Below, piece after piece: positions 58,609 to 64,000 of a stretch of 64,000 nt of DNA. How positions within the stretch are numbered: position 1 is the first letter of the stretch; every line of letters starts with the position of its first letter. Under the pieces are notes generated by a model that had not been told where the DNA came from, made no database searches, and was given only the letters and a program-made list of their open reading frames with translations. The stretch is from a virus (taxonomy: Duplodnaviria; Caudoviricetes): positions 1-64,000 of IMG/VR virus record IMGVR_UViG_2875535316_000001, one strand, 5' to 3'. The position numbers and the translations under genes were made by a program.

Positions 58609-60599
58609 GCTGCCACCGCCTCAAGCTCGCGCGCCTTCCAGGGATCGTTGGCGCGGGCCAGGGCTGCCATCGGTGGCGGGCTGACGCTGTTGCCGCACAT
58701 ATGCACCTGTTCGGTCTTGGTGAATGGCACTCCATCCGCGCCAACGTCAATGATGTAGTTGGCAGGGAAGCCCTGGGCGCGATACAGCTCGTGGGGCTGC
58801 AGCATGCGCAGGCAGATATCGACAATGACGTATGGCGTGCCCTTCACATACACGGTCACCAGCGCCAGGCGGTCCTTGGTGGTGATGGTCGACATGGGCT
58901 CGTCGCAGGCGCTCATGTTCTCGGTGCCGTAGTAACGGATCAGGAACGCAGCGACCTGCAGGGCGCCCTGCTCGTGCTCCGGCGACAGCGTGTACTCAAC
59001 CAGGCCGTGGTGCGTGCCGCCGGCACTGACGGTGTGCAGTGGCTCGTCGACGGCGCGGGAGTCGCAGTTACCGCGCAGGTGCAGTAGGTTCGCGGCTACC
59101 AGGGCGTGGTGATCGCCAGCAGTAACAGTGCTCAGGGGGGCTTCGGCCTGCTGGCCAGTGCTGCCATTGCGCAGGGTGGCCAGCTGGGCCGTTACCAGGC
59201 GCTGCTGACTGCCGGTGTTGGTCACCGTGCTCATTGGGTCATTCATGCTACGGGCCGGGGTTGTGTTGAAACCGCCGTTCGCCTGCTCCACGAATGCCGA
59301 CGCTATGCTGCTGGCGCTGACCATAACCGGGTTCGCCATCATCAGTTCGCCGCGATTGGCCGCTGTGACCGTTGGCAGGGGCTCTGCGGGGTCGTTCACC
59401 CGATCGGAACCCTGGTGGGTGGCCGGAAGGATTACCGCGCTCGTGAGGGCGTGTTTCACGCCGCCAGCGACGATAGTGCCCAGTGGCTGATCCAGACCAG
59501 GCACACGAGGCTGCTGGCCTTCGCGCTCGCCGTAGCCGGTCTGCACCAAGGTCGGGCTGGCCACGGCAAAGGTACCGCCGCGTGGCCAGGCGGTGATGGT
59601 GCGCAGCGGATCATTCAGCGACTGGACGCTCTCGCCCGACCAGTTGGCGATCGGCACGATGAAGGGTTGCGGGTTGTCCAGGACAAACTTCTTCATGCCC
59701 TTGGCCACCCGGCGCAGGGTAGCCTCTGCCAGCGCCTTCTTGCGGCCGAAAATGCTGTTGCTCGGCACGGTCCAGTCGATGCAGTCGGCAGCGGTGCGCC
59801 ACTTCTGCTGGCCCTTGGCGGGGTTCTTGGCGTGGGTAGGCTCAGGCCATACGATTGGCTGGCCATCACAGCGGGCGATCATAAACAGGCGCTCGCGGCT
59901 GGTCGGCGCACCGTAGTCGCAAGCCTTGATGATGCGCCATTCGACCTGGTAGCCCATACCTTCCAGCAGCTGGACGAAACGGCGCCAGGTGATGCCACGG
60001 CGCTTGGGGTTCGGTACCAGGAACTGATTGGATACCGGCACCTGCTCGCCAGGCTCGGCCACACGGTTTACGGTCTTCTTCGGATTGGTTGGGTGCGGTA
60101 CCAGGTCCAGGGTAATGACGCGCCCGGTGGCCTTGTCGCGCTTAGCAATCAGCGGGCCCCACTGCAAAATCTGCTTAACGTTCTCGAGGCTGATGACGCG
60201 CGGCTTCTTCTTGCCGCCCCACTTGAGGCCGATCCACGACAGGTTGCGGATTTCACGTTTGCGCGGCTGCCCGCCAGCGGCCTGGCTGTGATGGGTGCAA
60301 TCCGGGCTCATGTGGAACCAGCCCACTGGGCGACCCTGGCACTCGGCGTCGGGGTCACCCTCGAACACGTCGGTGGTGAAGTGCCGGGCGTGCGGGTGGT
60401 TGGCGGTGTGCATGCTGATCGCCGCCGGGCTGTGGTTCTTGGCCACGTCGACCTTGCGGCCCAAGCCCATTTCCAGCCCGGTACCGGCGCCGCCGCCCCC
60501 ACAGAAGAAATCGACCACCAGTTCATCGTCCTGGCTGCTCAGGGCCAGGCTGAACTGGGTCTTGAAGTCCAGCGGGTTGTTTTTGAGTGCTGCTGTCAC
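58605..60599 (-). CDS. Orphan C5 cytosine DNA methyltransferase with repeat-expanded variable region
   Basis: DFFCGGGG, SPDC, ENV, SRERLF and GNSV motifs; GTG 60599. Confidence 0.92.
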   Translation of the reverse strand: MTAALKNNPLDFKTQFSLALSSQDDELVVDFFCGGGGAGTGLEMGLGRKVDVAKNHSPAAISMHTANHPHARHFTTDVFEGDPDAECQGRPVGWFHMSPDCTHHSQAAGGQPRKREIRNLSWIGLKWGGKKKPRVISLENVKQILQWGPLIAKRDKATGRVITLDLVPHPTNPKKTVNRVAEPGEQVPVSNQFLVPNPKRRGITWRRFVQLLEGMGYQVEWRIIKACDYGAPTSRERLFMIARCDGQPIVWPEPTHAKNPAKGQQKWRTAADCIDWTVPSNSIFGRKKALAEATLRRVAKGMKKFVLDNPQPFIVPIANWSGESVQSLNDPLRTITAWPRGGTFAVASPTLVQTGYGEREGQQPRVPGLDQPLGTIVAGGVKHALTSAVILPATHQGSDRVNDPAEPLPTVTAANRGELMMANPVMVSASSIASAFVEQANGGFNTTPARSMNDPMSTVTNTGSQQRLVTAQLATLRNGSTGQQAEAPLSTVTAGDHHALVAANLLHLRGNCDSRAVDEPLHTVSAGGTHHGLVEYTLSPEHEQGALQVAAFLIRYYGTENMSACDEPMSTITTKDRLALVTVYVKGTPYVIVDICLRMLQPHELYRAQGFPANYIIDVGADGVPFTKTEQVHMCGNSVSPPPMAALARANDPWKARELEAVAA

Positions 60600-61006
60600 A
60601 GTCCTGCCTCCTGCTCGCTGGATGCTTGAGCGGCAGGTGCCGGCAGGAAGCGCGCCACCAGGGGCATACACAGGCGTACTGCACCAATGGTGTGGAAGAA
60701 GGTAGGCGCGCCAGCCATGCGGCCCAGCAGCCAAAGCCATGCGGCAACCAAGCGACCTTCCGGCGGCTGGGTGGCTTCGATTTCGCCGGCAAACTCGTCT
60801 ACCTGGCCCTTGGCGCGCAGGTAGATGCGCGTGCGCTCGCAGGCATCGGCAATGGCGCGGATCTTGTCGCTTTGCGCCAGCAAGGCCGCGTGAAGGGCCT
60901 CATTGGTCACGTCCTCGGGCAGTCCTTCCAGGGCGTCGAACAACTCGCCTACCTGGTCCTCAATGTCGGGCGCTTGAGCTGGCGCTGTGTTGGATTGGTC
61001 TTGCAT
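60596..61006 (-). CDS. Hypothetical protein
   Basis: Coupled to the MTase gene. Confidence 0.6.
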   Translation of the reverse strand: MQDQSNTAPAQAPDIEDQVGELFDALEGLPEDVTNEALHAALLAQSDKIRAIADACERTRIYLRAKGQVDEFAGEIEATQPPEGRLVAAWLWLLGRMAGAPTFFHTIGAVRLCMPLVARFLPAPAAQASSEQEAGL

Positions 61007-61036
61007 ATCTGGCTTCCATCTTGTGTAGGTGGTACC

Positions 61037-61060
61037 GAAAAAGCCCGCAGATGCGGGCTT
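61037..61060 (-). terminator. Intrinsic terminator
   Basis: AAGCCCGC-ATCT-GCGGGCTTTTT on the minus strand. Confidence 0.75.
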
Positions 61061-61066
61061 GTTGGC

Positions 61067-61183
61067 TTACTTCCAGTAGCGGAGGGTCAATCCGATCGAG
61101 AGGTACCGGTATCCGAGCCCGGCCACTTCGGCCTTGTTTTGGAGCAGCTCGAACGGCGTGTTGCAGTCCAGGGTGTATGTCAT
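61067..61183 (-). CDS. Putative 38-aa peptide
   Basis: MTYTLDCNTPFELLQNKAEVAGLGYRYLSIGLTLRYWK* between a TTGAAA-N17-TAAGAT promoter (61217-61245) and a terminator. Confidence 0.4.
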   Translation of the reverse strand: MTYTLDCNTPFELLQNKAEVAGLGYRYLSIGLTLRYWK

Positions 61184-61346
61184 GGGGTGGGTTCTGGCTG
61201 AATTAAGTGAGATTTGATCTTATGCGCCTCAGATTACTTTTTCAAGAGAAAATGCAATCTGAGATGACGTACAAAGATAAAAATGGATTCTCACGCTACG
61301 TTTAAGCCATGATTTGTCATCTGGGCATTACCCGTGGTTGATAGGA

Positions 61347-61799
61347 TCAGGCAGCGCAGTGGCTTGCGATGTGGGAGCACGCCAGTCGACGGGCGCAGCG
61401 GGCGGCCAGGCGCTCGGCCTCACGCTTCTGTGCGTTGCGGGCACACGCCAGCTCGAATGGGCGCACGTCCTGCCGGCGGGACAGGCTGTATACGCCTGCA
61501 GTGGTGTGCACCTGGCGCTGGTAGCCCTTGCCGATCAGCGCCAGGGCGGCGGTACCGACCACCAGCACGTCACGGCTGGCGCGCAGCACGCCGGGCAGCT
61601 CTGTCTCAATGGCTTTGAGGGTGACGCGCTGGCTGGTGCGGCGACCGGCGCCAGCGCCTTCGTTGATTGGGCTGAGCAGCAGGCGCTCGTGGCCATTGGG
61701 CAGAACGCCCATCACGAATTTGTTATCTGCCCGGAAGGCCACGAACGCGGACGCATCAATGACTTCGTTGTCTGGATAGGCGTAGCACTTGAACTGCAT
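61347..61799 (-). CDS. Hypothetical basic protein
   Basis: ATG 61799 with GAGG RBS. Confidence 0.55.
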   Translation of the reverse strand: MQFKCYAYPDNEVIDASAFVAFRADNKFVMGVLPNGHERLLLSPINEGAGAGRRTSQRVTLKAIETELPGVLRASRDVLVVGTAALALIGKGYQRQVHTTAGVYSLSRRQDVRPFELACARNAQKREAERLAARCARRLACSHIASHCAA

Positions 61800-61985
61800 G
61801 ACTCGTTCCCTCGGTTGACGATGCTCAAGTGGGCAATTTGCCATTAAAAAACTATCCGCGTACATAATTCAGACGAAAAACGTGCCCTTTTTCGTTTGTT
61901 TACGCATATCCGCCCGTTTGGATGGTCTTTTGCTGGTGCTCACCCGTATGAATGGCCACCAGTGCCGCGCCTATTTCCTGACTTT

Positions 61986-62135
61986 CTAGTCGGATTGTGG
62001 CCGTGCCCTTGCGTGCTCCTGAGCGACCTGGCGCGCCAGCTCGGCGCGAGTGCTGTGGTAGCTGGTGCCACCATACTGTGCGTGCTCGATCGGCGCTGGG
62101 TTCGCCTGCAGGGTGCGTTGAGCGGTAAGGGTCAT
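61986..62135 (-). CDS. Putative 49-aa protein
   Basis: AGGAG RBS then MTLTAQRTLQ..; below the ORF-track cutoff. Confidence 0.35.
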   Translation of the reverse strand: MTLTAQRTLQANPAPIEHAQYGGTSYHSTRAELARQVAQEHARARPQSD

Positions 62136-62180
62136 GGGTGTTGCTCCTATGAGTTGAGCGCCAGCACGGCGCAGGGTTTG

Positions 62181-63737
62181 TTATTCCAGGTCGGCCAGTT
62201 CTTCGGCGGCCCTCTCCAGCGCCTGTTCGCGCTTGTCGACCACCAGGCTTTCGCTTTCGGCCTTCGCTGGCACGTAGTCCACGCCTTCCAAGAAGACCAT
62301 ACACACGGTGTCGAAGAAGTCCGGCGACGGCAGGTTCTCGGACGCCATGTCTTGCTTACGGGCGATGTGGTACCGCCCCAGCTCGTCCAGGTGGTACGGC
62401 ATACGGCTGGCCTGGTCGAGCAGGTCCTTCTTGTACTTGTTGGTGAAGCGAATGGCGCCGTCCTTGATGGCCTCGATGGCGTGCACCGTGGACTGCGCCC
62501 GCAGGTTGAGGAAGCGCTTGCGGTATTCGTTGGAGAACGGCAGTTCGCCCCAGCGCACGCCCTTGCAGTGGATACCGCCCTGGGACAGCTCCACCAGGCG
62601 CTTGAGGAACTGGTTACCCATGGCGTTCACGTCGACCACGATGGTGACGTTGCTGAATCGTGCGGCGTAGTCGATGACCTGGCGCGCCACCGGCGTCCAG
62701 TCCTCGGTGCTGGTGTAGACCGGCACGTCGACCACCTCCACACGGCGCCGATCGGCTGACATGCGATCGCCGTTACCGACCACCTTGAAGTGGGTGGCCA
62801 CCGTCTTGTCTCGGCCCACGCCAGCAGATACGTCGACCACGATGACGTGACCATAGGCCTCGCCTTCCAGGATGACGCGCGGGCCCTCGATGACGCGCTC
62901 GACCGCCACACGGCTGACCAGGTACTTGCTGGAGTTGGTCGGGAACATGCCCCGGACCTTGATCTGGTACTCAGGCTCGTCGCGCCCGCCGTACTGGATG
63001 ATCTTGGCCTTGATGAACGGCAGGTCTACCAGCGGGCTGTCTTCGGAGTTGAACGTTAGCGCCGTCCACTCGCCACCCTGGGCCTTGCTCAGGTTGTGGT
63101 GGGTGTCACGGAAGAAACCACTGTCCCGGGTTGGCTGTGACGCCATGATGAAGCGGTTGCGCTTGTCGGTCAGTGCGCCGCCGATCACGCCAAAGTTCGC
63201 GTCAGGGATACCAGACGCCTCGTCCGCCATCCACAGCAGGTACCGTTCGTGGGTACCGGCCAAGTTCTCAGGCGAGCCGCGGGGCGCTGTACGGGTGGTG
63301 ATGAACCAGGTGGCCGACCGGGTGTTGATATACACCTTCTCGGCCTGAATGGTGATGTAGTCGGCAATCCATGCGTGCGGGCCTTTCTTGATTTCCGCCA
63401 GCAGGTTGGTCATTTCCTTCCACACACCCTCTCGCACCGTCTTGAGCTTGGGCGCGGTGATGTAGGTGTTGGAGTTGGGGTAGCAGAACAGGTGCCAGAA
63501 GCCGATCACGCCAAACGAACGGGTCTTACCGGTACCGTGGCCCGAGGCTACCGATACACGGGCGCCGAAGATGCTCGTTTCGTCGAACAGCTCCTTTTGC
63601 TGGTGGGTAACGTCCATGCCGCAGACTTCCACCGCAAACCCGTAGATGTTGGCCGCATATCGCTCCATGAACGCGAGGTAGCGCGGGTCAGCGTCAATCG
63701 CTGCCCGTTCCACCTTCTGTTTTGACGATCTGGCCAT
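62181..63737 (-). CDS. Terminase large subunit (P1 PacB-like)
   Basis: VASGHGTGKT Walker A, MADEASG Walker B, VDVSAG..D and SPDFFD nuclease motifs. Confidence 0.93.
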   Translation of the reverse strand: MARSSKQKVERAAIDADPRYLAFMERYAANIYGFAVEVCGMDVTHQQKELFDETSIFGARVSVASGHGTGKTRSFGVIGFWHLFCYPNSNTYITAPKLKTVREGVWKEMTNLLAEIKKGPHAWIADYITIQAEKVYINTRSATWFITTRTAPRGSPENLAGTHERYLLWMADEASGIPDANFGVIGGALTDKRNRFIMASQPTRDSGFFRDTHHNLSKAQGGEWTALTFNSEDSPLVDLPFIKAKIIQYGGRDEPEYQIKVRGMFPTNSSKYLVSRVAVERVIEGPRVILEGEAYGHVIVVDVSAGVGRDKTVATHFKVVGNGDRMSADRRRVEVVDVPVYTSTEDWTPVARQVIDYAARFSNVTIVVDVNAMGNQFLKRLVELSQGGIHCKGVRWGELPFSNEYRKRFLNLRAQSTVHAIEAIKDGAIRFTNKYKKDLLDQASRMPYHLDELGRYHIARKQDMASENLPSPDFFDTVCMVFLEGVDYVPAKAESESLVVDKREQALERAAEELADLE

Positions 63738-63780
63738 GCCTTCCCTTAACGCCCCCGTTGCGGGGAATACTCAGCGCCCC

Positions 63781-63823
63781 ACTGTACGGGGCGCCCGGCA
63801 AGGCTTTAGGCGGGGGTTTGCGC
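63781..63823 (-). promoter_or_regulatory. Late-type promoter, terminase
   Basis: GCGCAAA-N30-TACAGT. Confidence 0.7.
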
Positions 63824-64000
63824 CGCTGGGAGGTCCTGCAGGAGGTCGGTAAGGCATGCGGCCTGGCTGGGTGTAAGCGGCTTGCCCGCCACCAGCTCAA
63901 TGAACTCTCTTACCTCGACCTGGTACCGCTCGTGTTGCTGTGCTGGCGCCGGCCTCGAGGACTGCGCCATGTCGACCAGTGACCAGGGCGTGGCGCTACG

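Overview
The window is about 64 kb of a GC-rich, Pseudomonas-type, P1-like myovirus phage-plasmid, almost all encoded on the minus strand. From the left it carries an arm-type tyrosine integrase, a lysis cassette, tail tube/sheath and major capsid genes, and a block of large virion-packaged polyvalent (Dar/Ddr/Hdf-like) proteins. These are followed by a ParA plus small-adaptor partition cassette flanked by two repeat arrays, baseplate and fibre genes, and a tape measure protein with a GH19 domain. The right end has protease, portal, an iteron RepA replicon, an ndpA/cytosine-MTase early region and the large terminase. A complete 10,120-bp Tn3-family mercury transposon (38-bp IRs, ATCAC target duplication, PIN toxin-antitoxin pair, merRTPCA-orf-DE) has cut the baseplate-J gene. 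The strongest signals not captured by ORF annotation are four. (1) A 13-copy GCG(C/G)AAA-N30-(-10) element precedes the morphogenetic operons. (2) An M-L-D-S motif is confined to head proteins and punctuates the Hdf-like protein like a polyprotein. (3) Two cargo proteins share a double-helix N-terminal tag. (4) A start-less ORF lies in the +1 frame behind the tail chaperone. P1 gene equivalences rest on motifs recalled from memory and on gene order, not on a database search.
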